From a virus (lineage: Duplodnaviria > Caudoviricetes): a DNA stretch of 53,362 nucleotides. The DNA lies in the IMG/VR virus record IMGVR_UViG_3300044707_001188, positions 1 through 53,362 of that record; one strand, 5' to 3'. The translations under genes and the position numbers were made by a program. The notes beneath the pieces are model-generated. The model had not been told where the DNA came from. It did no database searches and saw only the letters and a program-made list of their open reading frames with translations. Below are positions 27,901 to 34,973 of the stretch, piece by piece (positions within the stretch are counted from its first letter, which is position 1; the number at the start of each line of letters is the position of its first letter).

Positions 27901-29602
27901 CCACCGTCGGCGATCCCGAGGCAGACGCCGAGACAGCCGCCGAGGCGCCAAACGGCTTGCCCAAGCCCATCGTGACATCGGCGTTGGACGCTGCTCCCAG
28001 GCTGCCCGCAAGCGGCTTCGCCGCCGACACGGCTGCTGCGCTGGAGGCCAAGGCCGGTGTGCTCCCCGACAGCGCCTTGTGGATCGACACCGCACCAGTC
28101 GCAGTGGCTGGCGAGGAGATCACGCCAGCGACCGGGTACGACACACTGGTGTCGGCCTCGACACTCGCCGCCGAAGCGCATCCGGCTGCCAAGACGTAGG
28201 CGACGACCGGGCTGCCCGATGACGCTGCCGTGCCCTGGAGCGCAGGCAGGATGCCAACACCGACAAGCCCAGTGCCGATGGCGCCTACGTTCAGCGCTGC
28301 AGGGGGCTGCGGCACCTGGAACAACAGCGGCTTGACGACATCCGCAGACGCGGAGGACGAGGAAGTGGCGCTCGCGCCGGCAGAGACAGGCTTGCCCACT
28401 GCCGTACCGGTCGAGACCACGGCAGATACCGCTGCGGCACCTGCAAACGGCTTGGTCAGTCCGGCAGATCCGACAGCAGAAGCACTTGCTGAGCCCGCGG
28501 CCGACACCAAGTAGGCAACCCTTGATGCCCCGGAAACGGCGGCCGAGCCCACCATGGACCCGGTTAGCAGTTTCCCCAGCAGCGCAGCGGACGACGTGAG
28601 GGCGACTGCTGACCCACCAGCAGAGACTGTCTTATGGAGCGCAGCAAGCCCGGAGGTGGTGCCCGACGAGCTTGCCGATGCGGCAATAGGCTTCGACGCA
28701 GCCAGAGCCGCAGCGCAGACGCCAGTGGCCCCAGCAGAACCCGCCAGCGGCCGCTGAGCAAGAGCCAGCCCGGCTGTCGACGCAGAAGCCGCACCACTCA
28801 CGGCGATGGTGTACGACACCACGCATCCCGCGCCCGCAGTGGCGCTGGCCGCCACATCGCCGGCGAGTGACTTCGAGACCGCCGGCGTGGCCGACGCGCT
28901 CAAAGCGCAGGAAACGCCAGCCGCAAGGCCCTTCGTGGCCTGGATCAGGCCGCCGCTGGATGCGACTGATGAAGCGGTGCCCGAGGCGATCTTGTTGAGG
29001 ACAGCAGACCCTGATGCCTGACCCGTACTCGTGACCGATGCGGCAACTGTGAAGGCCACCTGGGCGCCGGCTGCAACGGCGGCCGAGCCAGCGCTAGAGC
29101 CGCCCAGCGGGCGTTGAGCCATCGCCAGCCCAGCCGTGCCAGAGTTAACAGACGCCGCCCCGCCCAAACTCTTGCTGGCCGCCACCACCGCGGATGTTGC
29201 CGCGGACACCGACGCTGCGGTGGCTGCTGTCTTGGCGACGCCGAGCCCACCGGCAACCGCGCAGGCAGCGGCAACGTCGTCAGCCAGCGGCTTGACAACC
29301 CCGAGCGACGCCTGGGTCGAGGCCGACGCATGTGCAGCCGCAGCCGATACGAAGTTGACCCGGCAGGAGCCGGTGCCGGAGGCTGCCCCGGCGGCAGCTC
29401 CGCCCAGCGGCCTGGACACGAGCAAGTCGCCGCCCGCGCCGGTGACTGTGGTCGATGTCGCGACCTGGGAAGCGAGAGTCTTGGCGAGCCCTAGCGTGGC
29501 TGCCGGGAAAGCAGACGCGCTCAAGCCGGAAGCCACCGTAACGGCGGCTCCAGTAGCCGAGTTCAACGCCGCGCCATTGAGCGGCCGCGCGTTCAGCAGC
29601 AT
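24971..29602 (-). CDS. Long Ala/Ser/Gly/Val-rich repeat fibre protein (1543 aa)
   Basis: ~20-aa repeats (xxKxLAG..), LNxxxLN motifs, recurring ALLGKLLxG and KPLLF; lies in the fibre cluster. Confidence 0.7.
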   Translation of the reverse strand: MLLNARPLNGAALNSATGAAVTVASGLSASAFPAATLGLAKTLASQVATSTTVTGAGGDLLVSRPLGGAAAGAASGTGSCRVNFVSAAAAHASASTQASLGVVKPLADDVAAACAVAGGLGVAKTAATAASVSAATSAVVAASKSLGGAASVNSGTAGLAMAQRPLGGSSAGSAAVAAGAQVAFTVAASVTSTGQASGSAVLNKIASGTASSVASSGGLIQATKGLAAGVSCALSASATPAVSKSLAGDVAASATAGAGCVVSYTIAVSGAASASTAGLALAQRPLAGSAGATGVCAAALAASKPIAASASSSGTTSGLAALHKTVSAGGSAVALTSSAALLGKLLTGSMVGSAAVSGASRVAYLVSAAGSASASAVGSAGLTKPFAGAAAVSAVVSTGTAVGKPVSAGASATSSSSASADVVKPLLFQVPQPPAALNVGAIGTGLVGVGILPALQGTAASSGSPVVAYVLAAGCASAASVEADTSVSYPVAGVISSPATATGAVSIHKALSGSTPALASSAAAVSAAKPLAGSLGAASNADVTMGLGKPFGASAAVSASASGSPTVAYTVSSAIALDALTSGNAAATKSLQAAVASSGETTAQASLVKIVAAAGAAVGQTSSMALLGKLLAGSIGSTCTSSASAVMAYTVGASASAQGALAAGLSATKTLAGQSVGSATPVGTLSLTTPLASGAVASAASVANLDIGKTLADDIAAGAAMAGGVNVAFAVSGSAAASVGAAGAASTSKLLTVGITASSSLTGLAAASKPLSGQGAGAAFGSAVLGVGKPLLFVLERPAADLGSGALNSQALNAGSAPVVFVSAVASGSPTVAYVASGVCGAQVEGSADAAVNFVVGAAAAAPVTASATAVVDFTVGASPVASGATSGFAVADRPLAASASATGVVAGQMGAVKTLAAVAAPVGQTQGFASLDKSISAAGQAVAGTSSMALLGKLLMGSATGSAASTGATTVAYRVDGAGTAASTAAAVCAVLKVVEAGLHSPAVSAGAVATTKPLAAAVGVGVGSSGGAALTLPLSAAVASVVSLSATVAVGKPVSAGLQAAASSSGGAALVKPMVAAVTAPASASAEPAVSKPLLFAVERQPAWIGAGALNASPLNPSSASVIEVSASGSASPVVAFAAGGSAACFVEGVADATVDYAVSAGVNGSLGAQGSVTVDFSVAGAAQVQSSAAAQAGVLKTLASTAVGSGQTTAQAALVKILASQVASSTTVSGAGGDLLAFKPLAGSDVCQSVASSQAKVDYTVGAAAGVAASSLGSSSVAWTLVGSSGASVASSGGASIVKPLAGAESTSSLAGATVSVGKGLGAAVAPSTTVLAGAAISKIIDAQGQSTASTQGLASVDKRVQATGQSVAITTSVALLGKLLQGDAFVAANADAFAVAQRPVQSTASAASTPGGHLALVKPLSSQADLQAHTDAAPIAVDKRLSTIVEPPSSSPLGGAALNRVALNGRRVESALALATVSGRLVSSYLTPLESFVGTGVEVADPAIVADLSMPDPSVTVAVEPTEISVEVFVFYANLRKAA

Positions 29603-29630
29603 CCCGCCCCCGCAGGCGCCGTAAGGCGCG

Positions 29631-30065
29631 TCAGGCGAAGGTGATCGTCAGCGACGCAGCCGGGAACGACACCGTGTCCGACTGGTTGATCGTCTTGGCA
29701 ATGGTCAGCGCACCCCAGAACAGCAGGTTGCCCGCCGAGGCCGCGTCGTAGATGCCGAAGTGCGACACGGTGCCCCAGTTGCCCGAGGGCGTCGGGAAAG
29801 TGATGGCGCCGTTGTTGCTCGTCTGCCCGCCGGTGCCGCTGGAGGCGGTGGTGGAGGCGGCGGCCTGGGTCCCGGCCCAGTTGGCCAGCGAGGACGTCAC
29901 TGCCACGCGGGCGTAGTTGTTGCCAGAGACCTCGGTGCCGCCACCGGAGTCGCTGGGGGCAGCGGTGAGCAGTCCGATGTGCAGCGAAGCCGGTGCGGCC
30001 AGCGTCTGCGCGCGGAACAGGTGGTCGACGAGCTTGTTCTCCAGGTAGTCGGACATCGCGGACAT
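29631..30065 (-). CDS. Conserved phage fibre-associated structural protein
   Basis: MSDYLENKL..EVSG.NYAR..ITFP..WGTV.HFGIYDA..GNLL; AAAGGAG RBS. Confidence 0.75.
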   Translation of the reverse strand: MSAMSDYLENKLVDHLFRAQTLAAPASLHIGLLTAAPSDSGGGTEVSGNNYARVAVTSSLANWAGTQAAASTTASSGTGGQTSNNGAITFPTPSGNWGTVSHFGIYDAASAGNLLFWGALTIAKTINQSDTVSFPAASLTITFA

Positions 30066-30092
30066 GGTCGGCTCCTTTGCAGGGTCAGTGGG

Positions 30093-30422
30093 TCAGAGGA
30101 ACTGGGATCGCACGGTGAACTTCAACGGCTCGTAGACCGTCTGCCGCTCCCCGCTCCAATCGATCTCGATCTCGCCTTCGTAGGCGCCGGGCTCGACGTC
30201 CAACGTCTGCCCGGGAAAGTTGAAGGACACCTCACCACCTGCGCCGCCGTCGAGCTTGGTGCAGACGAGCGTGCTCAGCACCGCGGTATCGCCCGCGCGC
30301 CGGAAATGCACGACCACGCTGGTGGCGTTCTGCAGGTCCATGGCCGTGCCGTCGGCCTGGCGCAGGGTCATGCGGATGTAGGGCCGGTTGTCGCCCTGCA
30401 CGAGTCGGATGCGCTCGGCCAC
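30093..30422 (-). CDS. Small fibre-attachment protein (BppU N-terminal-like)
   Basis: LVQGD..DL..G.YEGEIEI..TV..F.VR pattern; GAGG RBS with GTG. Confidence 0.65.
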   Translation of the reverse strand: MAERIRLVQGDNRPYIRMTLRQADGTAMDLQNATSVVVHFRRAGDTAVLSTLVCTKLDGGAGGEVSFNFPGQTLDVEPGAYEGEIEIDWSGERQTVYEPLKFTVRSQFL

Positions 30423-30436
30423 GATGCGCCCTCACC

Positions 30437-31153
30437 TCAGCCCTGCGCCGGGGCGTTGACAGCCGCAGCCGCCCCCGGCCGGTTCGGGTTGCCGGGTGAC
30501 GTCGGGGCTACCATCACGGTGCCCTTGAGATCCAGCCCCAGCGCGTTGGCGAAGGCGGTGTAGTGCGCCATCGCGCGCTGCCCGTTGCCCGCGTAGTCCG
30601 AGTCCTTCATGTAGGCCCGGTACAGGATGTAGTCCTGCAGCACGTTGCCGTAGATGTCGGGCGAGCTGATGTTGCCGCTCACAGCCGTGTAGTCGGTGCC
30701 GGCTGCGGGCTCGGCCACGTCGGTGGGCAGGGCCGAATACACCAGATCGACCGAGGCGCCCGACGAGGCCGCTGGCGGGTAGACGTAGAAGGTCTTGGGG
30801 TCGCGCGGGTCGAACATGAAGTGCACGACCTCGGTGACGCCGGCCAGGTTGTGCCAACCGGGCGACTGCGCGTCCAGGATCTCCCGCGAGCACAAGCGGA
30901 TCGCCCGCTTGTTGCCGGCGGTGTTGCGCACCACGTCGATCAGCTTGGTGCCGTTGGACGGGATGGCCTGCCGGCTGCCGCCCACCAGCGCCTGCGCGGC
31001 GTTGGTCACCATCGCATCGGGGCGGTGGACGATGATCTCCCGCTGCCCATCGTTCAGGTAGCGCACCAGCTCGGCCACCGGCCAGCGGATGGACGTGGTG
31101 TCCTGCAGCGTCTCGACGCAGCGGCGGATGATGGATTGAGCAGCGATGGGCAT
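30437..31153 (-). CDS. Head-tail adaptor protein (DUF6682-like)
   Basis: LQD..RW..EL..YLNDGQREI..RPDA; FYVYPP; DYILYRAY.KD. Confidence 0.75.
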   Translation of the reverse strand: MPIAAQSIIRRCVETLQDTTSIRWPVAELVRYLNDGQREIIVHRPDAMVTNAAQALVGGSRQAIPSNGTKLIDVVRNTAGNKRAIRLCSREILDAQSPGWHNLAGVTEVVHFMFDPRDPKTFYVYPPAASSGASVDLVYSALPTDVAEPAAGTDYTAVSGNISSPDIYGNVLQDYILYRAYMKDSDYAGNGQRAMAHYTAFANALGLDLKGTVMVAPTSPGNPNRPGAAAAVNAPAQG

Positions 31154-31171
31154 GGTCGTGTCCCCGGTGCC

Positions 31172-31789
31172 TCAGCACCACTTCGGCCGCGCGCGCGGCG
31201 TGACGTTGGTGTGCCCGCGCCAGCCGTCGACGCTCGCAGCCGCCACGGCACGCTCGAAGAGCAACCGGGCCTCCTCGGCCTCGCGGGGCTTGTGCAGCGG
31301 GCCGGGCATGCGCAGCAGCCGGTGCCGCGCGCCCTCAGCCAGCGCTTGGCGGTGCTGAGCGAAAAGCGTGTCGCCGATGCCGGCGGCAGTGCGCGAGGGC
31401 GCGAGCGAGACCCGAAGCTGGATCCGGTCGGCCGCGCCCACCGGCTGCGACAGCCACACCGTCACCCGGTCGGCCGATGTCAGCGCAAGCGGTCCGTCGA
31501 CCGCGCGCTGCGCCGGATCGGACGCCAAGGACCGGAACCCTTCGATCTCGAAGGGCGCTCCGTTGCGCGTGGCCTGCTCGATGCGCACGACCTCGCTGCC
31601 CGCAGGCAGGTCGAGGTCGTACTCGCGCAGATTGGCCGCCGCGTAGATCGGCTCGAGCCACTCGGTCCAGACGCGGGTGCGGCGGAAGAACTCGATGGCC
31701 GCCTGCCGGATCTCCTGGTCGAGCACCGGATCGGGGCAGCCTGGGACGTAGGGCAGCACGTCCGGGTGAAGATCACTCCAGGTCGCCAC
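31172..31789 (-). CDS. Head-tail connector/adaptor protein
   Basis: GTG 31789 with AGGAG RBS; W....P.V...VPGCPD..IR.AAIEF..T..W. Confidence 0.7.
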   Translation of the reverse strand: MATWSDLHPDVLPYVPGCPDPVLDQEIRQAAIEFFRRTRVWTEWLEPIYAAANLREYDLDLPAGSEVVRIEQATRNGAPFEIEGFRSLASDPAQRAVDGPLALTSADRVTVWLSQPVGAADRIQLRVSLAPSRTAAGIGDTLFAQHRQALAEGARHRLLRMPGPLHKPREAEEARLLFERAVAAASVDGWRGHTNVTPRARPKWC

Positions 31790-32051
31790 CGCCCTGCTCC
31801 TGTGCAGCACCAGCAGGCGTCGCGGTCACCCGGGCCGTGCCCTTGCGCCGACCGACAGGCGCCGAAGAGGACGAAGCCTCTCCCGCAACCCGGAAGTTGC
31901 CCGTCGCCACCAGCGTGGAAGCCACCGCAGCATCGACCTCGCAGGCCAGATCGCCTTCGGCCGTCGGCGCGAATACGAGCGCCGGCCCACCGGGCAAGGT
32001 CACCCGGACGGTGCCGTCCCGGCGCGGCGGAACGAGCGCGACGAGCTTCAC
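31773..32051 (-). CDS. Hypothetical phage protein
   Basis: Fills the gap between co-oriented structural genes. Confidence 0.6.
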   Translation of the reverse strand: MKLVALVPPRRDGTVRVTLPGGPALVFAPTAEGDLACEVDAAVASTLVATGNFRVAGEASSSSAPVGRRKGTARVTATPAGAAQEQGGGDLE

Positions 32052-32059
32052 CGCAGCCC

Positions 32060-32512
32060 TCAGACCGCCCGGTACAGCAGCGTCAGACCCACCTCGCCGG
32101 CCGCCTTGGTGGCCGCGGCGGCGGTGAACTTGATGCCGATCCGGGTGTCGCTGGTGGCGCTGGCCGCCAGGCGCATCGCGGCCTTGGACAGCGTCAGCGT
32201 GGCGGCAGTGCCGTCGCGGCTGGCGGTGATGCCCGAGGCCCAGACGTCCGACAGGTCCGTCTCCGCCGCGTTGACGGGGCCGACGCTGGCCGAGATCGTC
32301 GGGCTGGCGTTGGTGTCGAGGTCGTCCGAGTCATAGACCAGGCCGACGGGCACGCAGCCCGCGGGTAGCACGGCCACGGCACCGGTGTCGTTGGCGTCCA
32401 GGTCGGCCGCGACCAGCGCAATGGGGAAGCGGACGGCGACCACCTCGCCGCCGGCCGGGAGGACCGTCGGCTTGCGGCCGTCCAGATAGTCGTTGCGATT
32501 CGTGAAAGGCAT
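32060..32512 (-). CDS. Capsid decoration/cement-like virion protein
   Basis: AGGAG RBS; immediately after MCP; LPAG..V..DDLDT beta-rich pattern. Confidence 0.7.
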   Translation of the reverse strand: MPFTNRNDYLDGRKPTVLPAGGEVVAVRFPIALVAADLDANDTGAVAVLPAGCVPVGLVYDSDDLDTNASPTISASVGPVNAAETDLSDVWASGITASRDGTAATLTLSKAAMRLAASATSDTRIGIKFTAAAATKAAGEVGLTLLYRAV

Positions 32513-32535
32513 GGTGCGCTCCTGAGGTGAGGGGG

Positions 32536-33654
32536 TCAGCGGTTGGCTGCCGCGGTGTCGAGGCTGAACAGCCCGAAGTCCTGCGCGCCCACGCCGTCCA
32601 TCGAGAACGTGACCTTCTTCATCCCGAAGATCGAGCTGGTCGTGATGACCACCTTGTCCCCGTTGTCGCGGGTCTCCTCATGCCAATCGAAGCGCATGTT
32701 GGTGCCCGGGCTGCCGAAGGCGACCACCGCCGCCTGCGAGCCAAGGAACAGCGCGCGAGCGGCCTCGACGTTGGCGCCGGCGCCCGCGTTGGCGAAGCGG
32801 ATCACGTTGCGGTGCGAGTGCAGGATCACGCCCCGGTACATGCCGAGCGAGCCCTTGAACATCGGGTTGTTGCGCCCCTCGGCACCGGCGGCGGCCTTCT
32901 GGATGTCGAGCCACTGCCCGGTCTGGACGTTGGCCCGAAGGTCATCCTCCTGGAAGGTGTGCATCACGCACACGAAGGTCTCGTTGCCGTCGATCTTGCA
33001 GGGCTGAAGCACCGGCACCCCGGTGGCGCCGCCGCCCTGGCTGTCGGCCCGGGTCTTGGCGCGGTCGATCAGCCGCAGGTCGAACTTGTCGTTGGCGTCC
33101 AGGTTGTTGAAGGCCGTCGCGTCACCGCCGTACATGCGGTGGTTGGCGTCCGGCGTGACGAGCGGGTTCTGCGCGCGCCCGGTGTAGTCGGTCGGCAGCA
33201 GGAAGTTCGGGTTCACGCCCCGGGCTCCGGACAGGTAGATGAACAGCAGTTCGTCCATCAGCCGCGCCCACCAGCTCGACTGCTGACGCTTGGCCTTCTC
33301 GCGCAGGTCGTGCAGGGTGCGCTTGCGGGTCATGCGCCCGCCGGTGTTCACGCCGCACCGCGCCTGGTCGATGTAGATCTGGTCGGTGTAGAACTTCTGG
33401 CCTTCTTCCTTGCCTTCGAGGATGTCCTCGCCCTCGACGGGGGCCATGCGCAGCTCGGCCAGCAGGTCGTAGCTGATCTGCTCCCCGGCGTCGGACTCCA
33501 GGTCGGTGAGGATCTGGATCGGCACCTCGGCCTCGGCGCCGCGGGCCATGAAGCGCTGGTTGAAGTAGGACTTGTGCGACTGGTCGTGCGCCAGCAAGCC
33601 ACTCCACTTCTTGACCGCCTTGGGGTCATTGACTCCAACAATCGTGCGTGCCAC
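32536..33654 (-). CDS. Major capsid protein, N4-gp56 / DUF4043 family
   Basis: DLESDAGEQI, LEGKEE, IDQ.R, DLR, F.GSLGMY.GVILH, RALFLGSQA, E..D.G; GAGGAG RBS with GTG. Confidence 0.93.
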   Translation of the reverse strand: MARTIVGVNDPKAVKKWSGLLAHDQSHKSYFNQRFMARGAEAEVPIQILTDLESDAGEQISYDLLAELRMAPVEGEDILEGKEEGQKFYTDQIYIDQARCGVNTGGRMTRKRTLHDLREKAKRQQSSWWARLMDELLFIYLSGARGVNPNFLLPTDYTGRAQNPLVTPDANHRMYGGDATAFNNLDANDKFDLRLIDRAKTRADSQGGGATGVPVLQPCKIDGNETFVCVMHTFQEDDLRANVQTGQWLDIQKAAAGAEGRNNPMFKGSLGMYRGVILHSHRNVIRFANAGAGANVEAARALFLGSQAAVVAFGSPGTNMRFDWHEETRDNGDKVVITTSSIFGMKKVTFSMDGVGAQDFGLFSLDTAAANR

Positions 33655-33702
33655 AGGAATACTCCTCTGGGCCCATCGGCCCCAAAGAGCACTCCTGCGC
33701 TC
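33655..33702 (-). promoter_or_regulatory. Capsid mRNA leader with two mutually exclusive folds (RBS-sequestering stem vs GGA-loop hairpin)
   Basis: AGGAGUGCUC (33696-33687) pairs with GAGUAUUCCU (33664-33655) over the SD; alternatively GAGCGC-AGGA-GUGCUC (33702-33687). Confidence 0.65.
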
Positions 33703-33723
33703 GACATCGACAGCAAACGCGGG

Positions 33724-34002
33724 TCAGGTTGCCATGCTTGCCACGGAAGAAATCGCCGGCTCGTCGAAGGACTGCCAGCCCACACCCAGGCGGGTCGACG
33801 GCACCACACGCGCCGGCCGCCCCCGCTGGATACGCACCTCGGGCGGTGCGACGATGCGCAGCCGCACCAGGGCCCCGGTCTTGTGTTCGGGCTCCACCAC
33901 CACGGTACATAACGCAGACGGATCACCCTGCACCGACAGCGACAGCCGCTCACCGACCCGCAGGTCGATCACCATCCCGGCCTGGTGTCGCGCCAAGGAC
34001 AA
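33724..34002 (-). CDS. CsrA/RsmA-like RNA-binding protein (start TTG 34002 or ATG 33975)
   Basis: DLRVGERL..VVV....GALVRLRIVAPPEVRIQR matches CsrA RRVGETL..VTV...GNQVRIGVNAPKEVSVHR, including the Arg44 equivalent. Confidence 0.7.
   Translation of the reverse strand: MSLARHQAGMVIDLRVGERLSLSVQGDPSALCTVVVEPEHKTGALVRLRIVAPPEVRIQRGRPARVVPSTRLGVGWQSFDEPAISSVASMAT
33730..33740 (-). promoter_or_regulatory. Putative late-promoter motif CAAGCATGGCA (copy 3, upstream of MCP)
   Basis: Exact 11-mer just upstream of the structured capsid leader. Confidence 0.65.
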
Positions 34003-34014
34003 GCCTTCCAGAAC

Positions 34015-34917
34015 TCAGATCGCCCGCGCGAAACGCTCGCGCTGCACAGGCGTCATCCGCGCGATGGCGGCCTCGTACTCGAGCCCGTCCAGAGACAGCA
34101 CGTCAGCGAACTCTCCGCCGATGTCACCAGGCCCGTCGGCACCCGGCACCTGCGCCAGCGTGGCAGGGACATCATCCAGACGCGGCTTGCGCGCGGCAGC
34201 GGCCTCGGCCTTGCGGTCGACGGCCGAAGTAGGTGCTGGTGCCGCAGCGGAAGCCGGCGAGCCGCGCAACGCCATAACCCGCTTGTGCGCCTCGGCCAGG
34301 AACCACTCCATTGGCTGACGGGCATTGGACTCGCGACCGGCCAGCACCTTGACGAAGCCGTCCAGGTCGGCCATGGCCTCGCTGTCCTTGCGGTAGTCCA
34401 GCGCCGCGGCACTGGTGTCGAGGAAGCGCTCCACCGTCGTGCGCCACTGCGCTTCGGCCGTCTGCGCCTGCATCTCGCTGGCGATCTCGGCCTTGGCGCG
34501 GGCGATGGTCAGACCTTCGCGCTCGCGCTGCAACTCATCGCGCCGAGTCTCGAACTCGTCGAACTCCAGCTCACCGGCCCGAAAGGCCCGCTTGAGCTCC
34601 GCCTCGCGATCCGCCACCGCCTTGACCTTGTCGTCGTAGTCGGCGGGCAGTGCAGCCTGGTAGCCGGTGGGCGTGGCGTTGGTCGGGGCGGCGGCCGGAG
34701 CCGCAGCAGCAGGGGCAGGGTCTGGGGCACCAGCAGCCTCCGAGCCCTGATCGCCCTCGTCGTCGCCGTCATCGTCACCGTCGTCGCCCTCTGCATCAAC
34801 GCCCGGTGCATCGGCCGCTGCCGCCGGCGCAGCGTCCGCGTCCTCATCGTCGGACTGGATCGCCGCGCGTTCCTCGTCGGTCAGCGTGGCCAGGGCGTCG
34901 GCGTCGAAGGTGCTCAT
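34015..34917 (-). CDS. Capsid scaffolding protein
   Basis: Acidic N-term, coiled coil, C-term YEAAIARM helix; between portal and MCP. Confidence 0.75.
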   Translation of the reverse strand: MSTFDADALATLTDEERAAIQSDDEDADAAPAAAADAPGVDAEGDDGDDDGDDEGDQGSEAAGAPDPAPAAAAPAAAPTNATPTGYQAALPADYDDKVKAVADREAELKRAFRAGELEFDEFETRRDELQREREGLTIARAKAEIASEMQAQTAEAQWRTTVERFLDTSAAALDYRKDSEAMADLDGFVKVLAGRESNARQPMEWFLAEAHKRVMALRGSPASAAAPAPTSAVDRKAEAAAARKPRLDDVPATLAQVPGADGPGDIGGEFADVLSLDGLEYEAAIARMTPVQRERFARAI

Positions 34918-34957
34918 GGAGGCTTCCTCGGGTCAAGCGTGAAAGGCGGCGGCAGAC

Positions 34958-34968
34958 TGCCATGCTTG
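34958..34968 (-). promoter_or_regulatory. Putative late-promoter motif CAAGCATGGCA (copy 4, upstream of scaffold)
   Basis: Exact 11-mer in the 56-bp portal-scaffold gap. Confidence 0.65.
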
Positions 34969-34973
34969 GCGCG

